DNA from: a virus
DNA: 64,000 nt
Reading direction: 5' to 3' (one strand)
Virus record (IMG/VR): IMGVR_UViG_3300028388_003280
Location: 54,197 to 118,196 of that record
Under the pieces are notes generated by a model, which was not told where the DNA came from, made no database searches, and was given only the letters and a program-made list of their open reading frames with translations. Made by a program: the position numbers and the translations under genes. This document shows, piece by piece, positions 1 to 9,139 of the stretch. Positions within the stretch are counted from its first letter, which is position 1; every line of letters starts with the position of its first letter.

Positions 1-15
1 CTTTGAGGAGCAACT

Positions 16-714
16 ATGAAAATCGCACTTGGCATTGGGACAATAAACAGGGCAGACATTCTACATCGAAGCCTCGAGGACTTGTCTGAAAATTTTGCAG
101 AGATGCTTACTGATTTTGTCATCATTGACAACGGAAATCAGAACATCGTGATACCGGATAACTTGCCACAGAATATCATCCGTCCAGCCAAGAATCAAGG
201 TTGCGGTGGGAGCTGGTCAATGATTATGGATCACTTTGTTGATAGGCCAGACATTGACCACATCATCATGCCAAGTGACGATGTCATTTTGGGCAAACGT
301 TTTGCAGACGATCTAGAGACAGCGCTTTCACAGCCATATGATGTACTGTTACCAGAGGTTAACTATCACTGGTCTGTTGTCTCAATTTCAAAGCATTGCT
401 GGAAGACTGTTGGTCGATTCGATCCAATCTTTTATCCTGCATACCATGAAGATTGGGACTACTGGTATAGGGTTGAGCTTGCTGGTATGAGTCTAACCCG
501 CACGCCCCTATTCAATCCGGGTGAATTTACAAACGGTGGCTCAATTTCAAAGGACAGATCCCTCGCAAATCATCAGACTGGCAGCTATTACCAGAGAAAG
601 TGGGGTGGCTCGAGGAACGGCAAGACTGAAAAGTACACTGAGCCATATAACGGTGACGTTGAGATGCAGAGGCAGATGCACATACTTGGTCAGCGAAATC
701 TTGGAAGGATTTGA
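16..714 (+). CDS. Glycosyltransferase family 2 (GT-A fold)
   Basis: IIDNGN, NQGCGGSW, SDDV (DxD-like), VGRFDPIFYPAYHEDWDYWYR motifs; GGAG RBS. Confidence 0.85.
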   Translation: MKIALGIGTINRADILHRSLEDLSENFAEMLTDFVIIDNGNQNIVIPDNLPQNIIRPAKNQGCGGSWSMIMDHFVDRPDIDHIIMPSDDVILGKRFADDLETALSQPYDVLLPEVNYHWSVVSISKHCWKTVGRFDPIFYPAYHEDWDYWYRVELAGMSLTRTPLFNPGEFTNGGSISKDRSLANHQTGSYYQRKWGGSRNGKTEKYTEPYNGDVEMQRQMHILGQRNLGRI

Positions 715-715
715 C

Positions 716-1729
716 ATGCAACCACGCAAACTATTCATTGACGACAGCCAGGACCCATGGATCACTTGGGACTCAGACCTATACAAACTACAGGAAGCTT
801 CCAGGGGTACACCCAAGGATATGCCAGGTTTCTATGGCATCGAGGTCGTAGCTAACCCATGGATGGCAGACCTGTTCTTCATCAACCACAACACAATCGA
901 CATCCGTGATGAGCTGTTCAAGGGCAAGGACGTGTTTGTCTTCATGCCTGAGTTTCCACAGAACGCACAAGAGCAGCTGAAGACACTCCAGGATGTCAAG
1001 TACGCAGATGACAACAATTGGACCGTGGTCACCGAGAGCCAAGAGCTCTATGATAAGCTCCAGGGTCTAGGATTGAAGCAGGAGCCGTGGCTGTGGCGCC
1101 GACCAAGCAGAGTGTCAGCAGACGAGGTGTTCAATGAGACCCCACTCAATGAACGCAAGTGCAAGATCGTAGCTGTGTTTGATGCCGGACATCCGCTCAG
1201 CCATGCTGCTGAGCTCGTCAAGGGATATCTCAGTGCGTTCATGGTCCTCCGCGATGACTACAACACAGAGCCAATTCTTGAGATCTATAGCCACTCTGAT
1301 ATGCCGTTTGAGCCATTCAATGAGATCCACTTCCAAGGTATGACGCCCAACAAGCGCATGTTCAAGGCGCTCAGGGACGCCACACTGTTCATCTTCCCAT
1401 CAGAGACGGACAAGTATCCTAACACCATGATGGAGGCTGCACAGCTTGGCGTACCATCAATTCAATTCTGGGATGATAGCAGCCCCATCCGGCAACACCT
1501 GATGTTCCCAGACCAAGAATGGTCCAGGTTCAGGACTTCAGAAGAGCTCGCCGACAAGATCGTTGAGCACTTCAGCACATTTGATGATTTGGACCGCGTC
1601 AACGACACCATCAACCACCAGAAGTCGGTGGTCGCCGAGGAGTCCATGGAGTACGGCTGTGAGATCTTCATCACAGAGATGGCTAGAAGGCTATCCTTGG
1701 CAATGTTTGCTGACGAAGAGGCCCTGTAA
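716..1729 (+). CDS. Glycosyltransferase, GT-B (GT1/GT4-like C-terminal domain)
   Basis: ALRDATLFIFPSETDKYPNTMMEAAQLGVP motif; start taken at ATG 716 just after the upstream stop. Confidence 0.75.
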   Translation: MQPRKLFIDDSQDPWITWDSDLYKLQEASRGTPKDMPGFYGIEVVANPWMADLFFINHNTIDIRDELFKGKDVFVFMPEFPQNAQEQLKTLQDVKYADDNNWTVVTESQELYDKLQGLGLKQEPWLWRRPSRVSADEVFNETPLNERKCKIVAVFDAGHPLSHAAELVKGYLSAFMVLRDDYNTEPILEIYSHSDMPFEPFNEIHFQGMTPNKRMFKALRDATLFIFPSETDKYPNTMMEAAQLGVPSIQFWDDSSPIRQHLMFPDQEWSRFRTSEELADKIVEHFSTFDDLDRVNDTINHQKSVVAEESMEYGCEIFITEMARRLSLAMFADEEAL

Positions 1730-1738
1730 TATTCGGGG

Positions 1739-1767
1739 TGTACAATGGTCTGCCGGTCTGGTAGGAT
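1739..1767 (+). promoter_or_regulatory. Early-class promoter
   Basis: TGTACA-N17-TAGGAT with CTGG before -10; matches a motif found 9 times. Confidence 0.65.
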
Positions 1768-1785
1768 CGACAGCGGAGGTATATC

Positions 1786-2520
1786 ATGAGCTCCATCAAC
1801 GAGCACAGGCTAGCGCCTGTTATTCACAAACTAGCAGATCAGGTGCGGGCCGAGAAGTTCGTCACTGATAAGTCAGGCGTCAAGCTTGTCGAGATCATTG
1901 CGGAGCCCATCACTCTTGATCCAACACAGCCAATCCTCGAGTTTGGCGAAGCCCGCAAGACGCCCATGAAGTACGTCAATGCTGAGCTTGAATGGTATCT
2001 GAGCATGGATCTCAGGGTAGACGAAATTGCCAAACATGCTGGCATCTGGGCCAAGGTTGCGGATTCAAACGGCTTTGTCAACTCCAACTATGGGTGGTGC
2101 ATCTTCTCACCACAGAACGGTGCACAGTACGAAAACTGTCTTAGTGAACTCATCGCCTTCCCCGACTCTCGCCGCGCGGTGATGATCTACAACCGGCCGG
2201 AGATGTGGCAGGATTACAACCGTGATGGCATGTCGGACTTCATGTGCACGTTTGCAACGCAGCACCTGATTCGCGACGACAAGCTGGTCTCCATCGTCAA
2301 CATGCGAAGCAACGATTTCGTATTCGGCTTCTTCAACGACTTCTACTGGCAGGCGTGGGTGCACAATCACCTTCTGCACGCACTACAACGAGCGGCGTAC
2401 CCTGATCTCGCGAGTGGCAAGATCGTGTGGGTCGCCAATTCCCTACATGTATACGAAAGACACTTCCCAATGTTGCTCAATATTGAGCGCTGGTTGGAAA
2501 CGAAAGGACACGATGGCTGA
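1786..2520 (+). CDS. gp42: dCMP hydroxymethylase (T4 gp42-like, thymidylate synthase superfamily)
   Basis: VNSNYGW, PDSRRAVMIY, DYNRDGMSDFMCT, VNMRSNDFVFGFFNDFYWQ, SLHVYERH; Asp at the position of T4 gp42 Asp179 (Asn in ThyA). Confidence 0.88.
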   Translation: MSSINEHRLAPVIHKLADQVRAEKFVTDKSGVKLVEIIAEPITLDPTQPILEFGEARKTPMKYVNAELEWYLSMDLRVDEIAKHAGIWAKVADSNGFVNSNYGWCIFSPQNGAQYENCLSELIAFPDSRRAVMIYNRPEMWQDYNRDGMSDFMCTFATQHLIRDDKLVSIVNMRSNDFVFGFFNDFYWQAWVHNHLLHALQRAAYPDLASGKIVWVANSLHVYERHFPMLLNIERWLETKGHDG

Positions 2521-3124
2521 GTGCTTCGTTTACTGGATCACACCAGATCCGTCGTTGGACATATCCACATGTGGGTATGTTGGCGTGTCCAAGGATCCGG
2601 CGAAGAGGCATAAGGTTCATATCCGAGAAGGCCGTGTTCCTTCAGGTACTAAGCAGTTCATCATTTTCTCTGGCACCCGTAAGCAGTGCTTCGCCAAGGA
2701 ACGAGAGCTAAGACCTAAGAAAGGGATTGGGTGGAATCGTGCAGTTGGTGGCGCGCATGGATATCGCGAGGGGTTCGTGATGCCTCAATCTGCTATCGAT
2801 AAGTCACGAGAGAATAGAGACTATGGGGACCCCTGGAACAAAGGCCTAACCCACGCTGAAGACCCAAGGATTGCCACTGGAAACACTGACCCGTCTCGGG
2901 CAGATCGAATGAGGAAAGTGGGCAAATCAAATCTAGGTAAGACATCGCCACACAAAGGAAAGCACCACGGTCCACGACCACACACAAAAGAGCACACTGA
3001 AAAGCGGCTTGCTGCAACTAGGAAGTTTTGGGATGATCCCGAGAAATCAGAGCATCTCAGAAAACAACGATCTGAACGTATGAAGAAATATCATGAACAG
3101 AGGAGACTAAATGGTAAAGCCTAA
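2513..3124 (+). mobile_element. Free-standing GIY-YIG homing endonuclease with NUMOD3-like basic repeats
   Basis: FVYWI...GYVGVSKDPAKRHKVH...E...GWN; PWNKGL and SPHKGKHH..HTKEH repeats. Confidence 0.75.
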
Positions 3125-3788
3125 CCTAATCGCGCACGAGCTGGGACATGTCCTGTTTTCGTATCTGTATGACAAGGATTCATACCCAACCTCTATGGTT
3201 CTGAAATCTGATGGCAACACAGCGGCGTGTGTCAACTTCGACGAGTACGAGGATCTCCCCGTTGCCAATGGTCAGATTGCTCGGATCCCGTCGGCGTCGT
3301 ACCTTGGTGGCATGTTCGGCGAGTTCATCTGGAACGGTCGGTGCCGAGTCATGGGCATCCGCGCAGACATGGATGAGCTTCTGACTGAATACCGGTACAT
3401 CAAGAATGGTAAGCGTCCTGGCGGTAAGGGCGGAGTTCACGATAGTGAGCACCGATACCGTCGTTCACAGTCCAAGCTCTTCAAGGAGCTATGGGCTTGG
3501 TTCTACACAGATCGAGACCAGTGGTCATATGGCGGCATGATGAAGCGGTGGATGGACTGCCCGAATAACCGGTCGGGTACAATCATGACGACCAGCCGCT
3601 TCAAGAAGCGACTGCCTGAGACCTACAAGGTATTTGAGACGTTCTGCTCAGACATTGATCTTGACGAGTTCGTCAACTCGGTCACTGATATTCAGAGGTC
3701 GAGCTCGACCAGGCTTCAGAGTCGAACCCTACGTAAGTACGGCCGCCGTATCATCCCAGATACGGTCATGCATCCGGAGGACATCTAA
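3111..3788 (+). CDS. Zn metallopeptidase-like protein (M41/FtsH protease-domain-like)
   Basis: IAHELGHV (HExxH) and YLGGMFGE. Confidence 0.55.
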   Translation: MVKPNLIAHELGHVLFSYLYDKDSYPTSMVLKSDGNTAACVNFDEYEDLPVANGQIARIPSASYLGGMFGEFIWNGRCRVMGIRADMDELLTEYRYIKNGKRPGGKGGVHDSEHRYRRSQSKLFKELWAWFYTDRDQWSYGGMMKRWMDCPNNRSGTIMTTSRFKKRLPETYKVFETFCSDIDLDEFVNSVTDIQRSSSTRLQSRTLRKYGRRIIPDTVMHPEDI

Positions 3789-4105
3789 TGGATTGGCTAC
3801 CTCTAGCTTCTTACATCACAAATGGCATCCTCGTTGTAATAGTAGCCCTGGGAATCATCGTGATTCGGGGTATGCTAGCATCAAGAGATAGTATGATTGA
3901 CAGCTACAAGCGCCGAGATTTGACTGGACGTGAACGTGAGGATATCAGGAGACGGCTGTTGGCTAGTGGAACATCTGCGATCCACCCACATGAAATCTTG
4001 GACCTGATCTACACGTTCCGCAGTGTCGAGCTCGGTCAATACGAAGATAAAGACCCATACGTGCCAGCGGACCCATATGACGACATTGAGGAGTACATTG
4101 GATGA
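3788..4105 (+). CDS. Hypothetical membrane protein
   Basis: N-terminal hydrophobic helix; coupled start/stop. Confidence 0.6.
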   Translation: MDWLPLASYITNGILVVIVALGIIVIRGMLASRDSMIDSYKRRDLTGREREDIRRRLLASGTSAIHPHEILDLIYTFRSVELGQYEDKDPYVPADPYDDIEEYIG

Positions 4106-4356
4106 TGAAGACTGTGCTCAAACGAATTGCACCCGGATACTACTCGGGCCTTGGGAAAACGACCGTCGACGGCAAGCCAGTAAAGCTGAAGATCAACGTT
4201 ATCAGAGCTCAAGCTGGAGCTTGGTATTGGCAAATTGACAATGAAGACGCACACGATTGGTACCCAACGAAAAGGGACGCAAAGGATGCCCTCGACCGCG
4301 TCCTTGCAACGGGGTTCAGGCTAGATCCCCGCTACGGTCGAGTCATCGATCGGTGA
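4102..4356 (+). CDS. Hypothetical protein
   Basis: ATGA-coupled ORF. Confidence 0.6.
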   Translation: MMKTVLKRIAPGYYSGLGKTTVDGKPVKLKINVIRAQAGAWYWQIDNEDAHDWYPTKRDAKDALDRVLATGFRLDPRYGRVIDR

Positions 4357-4399
4357 TCTTCCGAGGCCTCGCGGGTAATTAGAGATACAGGAGCACACA

Positions 4400-4765
4400 G
4401 TGCCTAGGAATAGAGATTACTGGAACGCACTCGAGGCCCACATACGTACGAACCCCCACGACCTGTATGGTATGGGTTCAACACATGGCGCAAACGCACT
4501 GCGCCGGCTCGCCAAGCTCATCGCCCGTCATGCCAAGATCCACAAGAGCAGGGAAGACACTATTGCGTACGCTCATAGCAAACTCGCTGATCTTCATGCT
4601 ACTGGTTATATCCAAGCTCTCAGTCCTGGAGCCTGTAAGGGCATCTGCGAGCTCATTGCACCGATATATGACTTCAATGGATGGAAGCCGATCGAAGCAG
4701 ATGAGCTCCTCACAGCAGGAGGCGACGATGCACAGCCACAAGTTCAACTACCCCGCAAACATTAA
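4400..4765 (+). CDS. Hypothetical protein
   Basis: AGGAG RBS, GTG start. Confidence 0.6.
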   Translation: MPRNRDYWNALEAHIRTNPHDLYGMGSTHGANALRRLAKLIARHAKIHKSREDTIAYAHSKLADLHATGYIQALSPGACKGICELIAPIYDFNGWKPIEADELLTAGGDDAQPQVQLPRKH

Positions 4766-4988
4766 CCCCTGCCGCTTCTGCGGTAGTGAGGACGTAGCGC
4801 TCGACGCTGCACTTATCCGTTTGAATGACGGACACCTCACAACGCTATTCAATCTCGGATGCACAGAATGTGGCTATACCACTCGAGACTATGAATACCC
4901 TGACATTGCTGCCCACGCTTGGAACATGGCGGCCAAGCTTGAGATCAATGCGCTCCTAGACGCGGTGGCAGATCCTACAGAGCAATGA
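4728..4988 (+). CDS. Lar-like (restriction alleviation) zinc-finger protein
   Basis: PCRFCGS...GCTECG...AAHAWN; AGGAGG RBS. Confidence 0.6.
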   Translation: MHSHKFNYPANINPCRFCGSEDVALDAALIRLNDGHLTTLFNLGCTECGYTTRDYEYPDIAAHAWNMAAKLEINALLDAVADPTEQ

Positions 4989-5191
4989 GGGCCTACGACA
5001 TCATGCCAATTGGTGGATCCTGGCCGTGGATCCAGGCTGAGCGCTTCGACGGAAAGTCGATGTACCGCTTAGCCCTGCCTCCAGATGTGCTTACAGAATG
5101 GCATGTACATTTACCCGATGCTATAGTAGAGTGGAACGACATGGCAGCAGTACGCTCAATGAAGGAGATCGTCGACAGTGAAGAAGATTAG
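4985..5191 (+). CDS. Hypothetical protein
   Basis: ATGA-coupled; AIVEWN resembles the Lar-like C-terminus. Confidence 0.55.
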   Translation: MRAYDIMPIGGSWPWIQAERFDGKSMYRLALPPDVLTEWHVHLPDAIVEWNDMAAVRSMKEIVDSEED

Positions 5192-5687
5192 CGCCCTTGC
5201 GGTGCTTTGCCTATTCATTGCCGTCTTTCAGACAGTATCGGATAACAGGCATGAGCCACGAATGCACAATTGGGAAATCGTCACGGATGATCCGGGAATC
5301 CCGGTTCTTCCAGCGCCGCTCCACATTCCAGTCACCGTCACAATCTATCACCCAGTTCCCGAGCAGACCGACTCAACCCCAAACATCGTCGCCTCCGGCA
5401 AGAAGATCAAGATCCACCGCGCACGCTATTACCGCTACGTCGCTGTATCACGCGATCTGCACAAGCGTTGGGGCGGACCTCTCTCGTTTGGCGACATCAT
5501 TGAGCTCAAAGATGCGGGCTATCTTTCGGGCTTCTACATCGTCGAAGACACGATGAACGCCCGTTTCAAGAATCATGTAGACGTCTTGCTTTCGCCGGGC
5601 GATCCGCTAGCAAAGTTCCCTAACGCACTACTGGTGATGACCAATGGCACAACACGGATGGAAGACCCTCCACGGGCAGCCTATTGA
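5178..5687 (+). CDS. 3D-domain (MltA-like) cell-wall protein with signal peptide
   Basis: Signal peptide; VTIYHPVPEQTDSTPNIVASG, VAVSRDL, VEDTMNARF...HVDV. Confidence 0.75.
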   Translation: MKKISALAVLCLFIAVFQTVSDNRHEPRMHNWEIVTDDPGIPVLPAPLHIPVTVTIYHPVPEQTDSTPNIVASGKKIKIHRARYYRYVAVSRDLHKRWGGPLSFGDIIELKDAGYLSGFYIVEDTMNARFKNHVDVLLSPGDPLAKFPNALLVMTNGTTRMEDPPRAAY

Positions 5688-6195
5688 AAGCATCTATGAC
5701 GAACTCGCAACCGTTTTCAAGGAGGCGTATGAGCAAGACTACGACTGCTTTGTCTACGTCGGAACAGACAGCCAGAACCTCGGCTCACGAACCTCGTTCG
5801 TACAAGTGGTTGCTGTCCACATTCTCCGTGACACTGGCCGTGGTGATGGTGGCCGTGTTTACTATATCCGCCATCTGGAGCGTAGGTATCGCTCTCGTCG
5901 CGAGCGTCTTCTCAGGGAAGCAGAGTTGAGCATCAACCTTGCCCAGAAGATTAACCCAGTTTGTGAAGAGCACGGGATTGAGTTTGAGGTCCATGCTGAC
6001 GTCCACTCGAGCCCTGGCCGCAATAACGAGAACAAGAGTCACGAGGTTCACGACGCTGTGGTTGGCTGGGTGAGCGGCATGGGATACAAGTGCGTCACCA
6101 AGCCTGGCGCCTTCGTTGCCAGCATCGTTGCAGATAGACACACCCGCGGGGTCAAGCAACCGCGAAGATTCAAGAAGCACAAGGCCAATAGCTGA
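5644..6195 (+). CDS. RNase H-like YkuK family protein
   Basis: VYVGTDSQ, RLLREAELS, EVHADV, ASIVADRH. Confidence 0.8.
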   Translation: MAQHGWKTLHGQPIESIYDELATVFKEAYEQDYDCFVYVGTDSQNLGSRTSFVQVVAVHILRDTGRGDGGRVYYIRHLERRYRSRRERLLREAELSINLAQKINPVCEEHGIEFEVHADVHSSPGRNNENKSHEVHDAVVGWVSGMGYKCVTKPGAFVASIVADRHTRGVKQPRRFKKHKANS

Positions 6196-6196
6196 G

Positions 6197-6202
6197 TATT
6201 TA
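6197..6202 (+). promoter_or_regulatory. Late-class promoter TATTTA
   Basis: GTATTTAGA upstream of GGAGG RBS; recurrent before virion genes. Confidence 0.6.
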
Positions 6203-6219
6203 GATATTGGAGGTCCAAC

Positions 6220-6423
6220 ATGGATTCAAGACTAGCACGAAAGATTCAGTCAGAGGCAAACGATCTCATGCGCCTCGGCAAGCAGGCCGACAAGCTACGG
6301 CTGATGGAAGAAGACGACGTCGAGGAGCTGTATGATATCTCGCAGGACCTCATCGCATCAATCCAGGCACTAGAAGAGGTCGTTACTGCGCTTCGCAAGG
6401 AGGCACGCAAGAATGAGCGATAA
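6220..6423 (+). CDS. Small acidic helical protein (paralog A1)
   Basis: MDSRLARKIQSEANDL; similar to 6706..6897. Confidence 0.7.
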   Translation: MDSRLARKIQSEANDLMRLGKQADKLRLMEEDDVEELYDISQDLIASIQALEEVVTALRKEARKNER

Positions 6424-6706
6424 GCTACCCAAGTATACCCGCGTCATCGTAGAAGGCGAAGAGCAATTCATTCTACGTGAAGCACAGTTCGACCCACGAA
6501 AAGCAAAGCGGCTGCTGAGCCAATTCGGAAGTGGTCTGTTCGGCTATGCAGAAGATGTTAAGGGCGCCCTCGGAGAACAGGATCCTGCATACGCAGCAGA
6601 GTTGATCGAAGACGTTATATACGATCTTCAAGACCTCGCTGCAGACATGGAAGAGCTCCACGACGAAGCTCGTGCAGCAATGGACGACGACCCGGAGGCC
6701 TTCTAA
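6413..6706 (+). CDS. Small acidic helical protein (paralog B1), LxE site
   Basis: KLPKYTRVI...ILREA; similar to 6894..7166. Confidence 0.7.
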   Translation: MSDKLPKYTRVIVEGEEQFILREAQFDPRKAKRLLSQFGSGLFGYAEDVKGALGEQDPAYAAELIEDVIYDLQDLAADMEELHDEARAAMDDDPEAF

Positions 6707-6897
6707 TGGATGCACGACTAACACGAGAAATGCAAGCATTCGTCAATGATCTCAAGTCATACTCTCAGGATCTTGCTCGGATCCGCGTTGCATCAAATCC
6801 AGATGCAGAGGAAGAAGTACAAGACGTCATCGAAGGCATTGTATACATGCGCGATGAACTCGAGTCTCTAGCATACAAACTAAGGAGACAGGGATGA
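6706..6897 (+). CDS. Small acidic helical protein (paralog A2)
   Basis: MDARLTREMQAFVNDL. Confidence 0.7.
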   Translation: MDARLTREMQAFVNDLKSYSQDLARIRVASNPDAEEEVQDVIEGIVYMRDELESLAYKLRRQG

Positions 6898-7166
6898 GCA
6901 AGCTACCACGGTATCGCAAGGTCATCAATGAGCATTCAGATGTTCCGGAGCGTTGGGTCCTTCGCGAAGGGGTTGAGAGCGACCTGAAGATGTACTCACG
7001 AACATTGGCTGATATGTCCAAGGACCTGAAGAAGGCTATGGGCATGGAACCAGCAAAAGCTGCTGAAGCCCTCAGCGATCTAGTAAACGATTGCAATGAG
7101 CTTCTGAACGAACTCGACGGACTTCAAGACGATCTCCGCGATGAACTCGAGGACCTAGGATACTAA
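6894..7166 (+). CDS. Small acidic helical protein (paralog B2), LxE site
   Basis: KLPRYRKVI...VLREG. Confidence 0.7.
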   Translation: MSKLPRYRKVINEHSDVPERWVLREGVESDLKMYSRTLADMSKDLKKAMGMEPAKAAEALSDLVNDCNELLNELDGLQDDLRDELEDLGY

Positions 7167-7169
7167 TCC

Positions 7170-7391
7170 ATGGCATCTATTTCTGAAGAGCGCGCTGACC
7201 AGATGATCGCCCAAATCATGGACGAGTATCCGCCTGGCAAGAAGCGCAAGTTTCTGTTGAAGCAAGTCTTCACGGCCTTCATGAAGGGCATGCCTAAGAA
7301 GCAAGCCGTCATGCGGGCCAACAACTTCGTTCTGAAGTACAATCTTGACCAGACCGACAAGATCCCACTCTTTCGGTATGGCCGAGGGTAG
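7170..7391 (+). CDS. Hypothetical basic protein
   Basis: ORF with phage-typical codon usage. Confidence 0.6.
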   Translation: MASISEERADQMIAQIMDEYPPGKKRKFLLKQVFTAFMKGMPKKQAVMRANNFVLKYNLDQTDKIPLFRYGRG

Positions 7392-7420
7392 TGTGCAACG
7401 CCTACCCGTTCTGGTATAGT
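7392..7420 (+). promoter_or_regulatory. Early-class promoter
   Basis: TGTGCA-N17-TATAGT, CTGG before -10. Confidence 0.7.
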
Positions 7421-7448
7421 CTACTCACCCTAGCACAGAGGTTCCAGC

Positions 7449-7790
7449 ATGGAAATGACTCTCATGGAAGTCAAGATCGGCCCACGGGCCGTTAGAATCG
7501 TAGCCGGCGATCCGAAGACCCACGTCAGTCGGATTCCCCACACGACCGTAGAAATCGTCGATCAGTACGGCGAGGTCGAATACGCCTATCTGTACGAACA
7601 CACCCACCCCATGAATGAAATGGAAGCGTGGAAGCAGTTTGGTGACATCTGTCGGCAAGAGGCAGAAGTCGCAATGGATAGGGCGGCTGTGCGGCACGGA
7701 GTTGAGGCAATTGCCGCCAACGGCTTCATCGGTGACTGCATCATCGGCGTTCGTCCGAAGGCAACTGAAAACGATTCTCAACTAGCGTAG
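7449..7790 (+). CDS. Hypothetical protein
   Basis: GAGG RBS downstream of promoter. Confidence 0.6.
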   Translation: MEMTLMEVKIGPRAVRIVAGDPKTHVSRIPHTTVEIVDQYGEVEYAYLYEHTHPMNEMEAWKQFGDICRQEAEVAMDRAAVRHGVEAIAANGFIGDCIIGVRPKATENDSQLA

Positions 7791-7832
7791 AAACTGCCCT
7801 AAAAAGTGTGCACATTTTTTTGTCGGAAACTG

Positions 7833-7861
7833 TGTGCACGCCCCTACTCGGCTGGTATGAT
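7833..7861 (+). promoter_or_regulatory. Early-class promoter with AT-rich upstream element
   Basis: TGTGCA-N17-TATGAT, CTGG; A/T tracts at 7801-7821. Confidence 0.72.
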
Positions 7862-7921
7862 CTATACACATCGACGCGGTGCGAAGCGCCGCCAGAACAA
7901 ACCAAGCCTACGAGGTGCACA

Positions 7922-8425
7922 ATGACCGTCAACGCCAAGCAGGCGTTCGTTGCGGTGCGCGAAGCACAGCAGCGCGTCAACGACCGGGTCCTGACCCTTT
8001 CGCAGATCTCCGAGCTCCGCAAGGAGACCCTTGGATGGGACAGCCCCGTCACGCAGTTCCGCAAGTACGCCGACGAGCAGATCAAGGTTCTGCCGCGCGG
8101 TGACAAGCAGAAGAAGATTCTGCGCTCGCAGAAGGCCGACCTCAGCAAGATGGTCAACGCCCTCCGCGATTCCATGTCCTCGTACGAGGACCTCATCCGC
8201 ATGAAGCGCGCGGAGGCTCGTGATAACAAGAGCGCCGTGCGTTTTGAGAAGGCCCGTATTCAGATCGTGGACGCAGTGCGTCGCATGATTGAAGAGGACC
8301 GCGCCAACGCCTACTCCTTCCTGCTCACGCAGTTGGAGCGTGCCGAGGCGACGCAGACGGCTGACGCCGTCGACACCGACGCAGAGAGCGTCACTGACGA
8401 AGAGCATGTCACTATCACTGACTGA
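7922..8425 (+). CDS. Hypothetical helical protein, likely highly expressed
   Basis: GAGGT RBS; strongly C/G-ending codons; own promoter and downstream hairpin. Confidence 0.7.
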   Translation: MTVNAKQAFVAVREAQQRVNDRVLTLSQISELRKETLGWDSPVTQFRKYADEQIKVLPRGDKQKKILRSQKADLSKMVNALRDSMSSYEDLIRMKRAEARDNKSAVRFEKARIQIVDAVRRMIEEDRANAYSFLLTQLERAEATQTADAVDTDAESVTDEEHVTITD

Positions 8426-8447
8426 CAAGCAGACAACTGAACTGCTC

Positions 8448-8494
8448 GGCTACGCCCGTCCGTGCTCGCCCTCCTGCACGGCGCGGGCGTAGTC
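8448..8494 (+). terminator. GC-rich hairpin after 7922..8425
   Basis: GGCTACGCCCGTCCGTGC / GCACGGCGCGGGCGTAGTC imperfect inverted repeat; weak U-tract. Confidence 0.5.
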
Positions 8495-8513
8495 TCGTTC
8501 CCCCTAAGGTATC

Positions 8514-9137
8514 ATGAGAACAATAGCAATAGACATCGACGGCACACTCCGCAACCTAGACATCGCACTTGAAAAGTACTTAGAAGTCGACCACCCACAC
8601 AGAGTCAAAACCTTCACCAGCAATCCGGAGTCGTGGAATAAACTCGACCTCGCATTTGGTGGAGACCGCGACGCAGTCATGGATTGGCTCTATGGAACTC
8701 GTGCGTTCCAGACGTTTGGGCAGGCACCAAAGATGTACCGCGATGTCATTGACCACCTCAATGCATTGGACAAACGGGCTAGAGCAGTTGGGGATAGGAT
8801 AATCCTCTCCTCTGTTCAGCGTGAGCAGTCAATCACTGCGACCCTATTCTGGCTGGCAAAGAACGGATGCAAGGTGCATCACTATCGTTTCTTTGATAGC
8901 TTTGATGAAAAGATGGGGGCCGGATACGACATCGTCGTTGACGACCATCCACAGGTTCTGGAAACGGCCAAGGACTTCGGGTCCGAGGCTATCGTGGTTC
9001 CGCATCCGTACAATGAACACCTCACTACGGAGGACGGATACAAGCGCCTTGACTACGAAGGCGAGAAGCCGACAGGTCTAGCCGGTCTAGCAGATCTGGT
9101 CGGCCTCGGCACATACCAAATTGTCGAAGGAGACTAA
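8514..9137 (+). CDS. HAD-family 5'(3')-deoxyribonucleotidase
   Basis: IAIDIDGTLRN (DxDG) and DIVVDDHP, VPHPYN. Confidence 0.8.
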   Translation: MRTIAIDIDGTLRNLDIALEKYLEVDHPHRVKTFTSNPESWNKLDLAFGGDRDAVMDWLYGTRAFQTFGQAPKMYRDVIDHLNALDKRARAVGDRIILSSVQREQSITATLFWLAKNGCKVHHYRFFDSFDEKMGAGYDIVVDDHPQVLETAKDFGSEAIVVPHPYNEHLTTEDGYKRLDYEGEKPTGLAGLADLVGLGTYQIVEGD

Positions 9138-9139
9138 GT

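Noticed and set aside
1786-2520. Ordinary thymidylate synthase (thyA)
   Set aside because: Has Asp rather than Asn at the specificity position and gp42-type motifs
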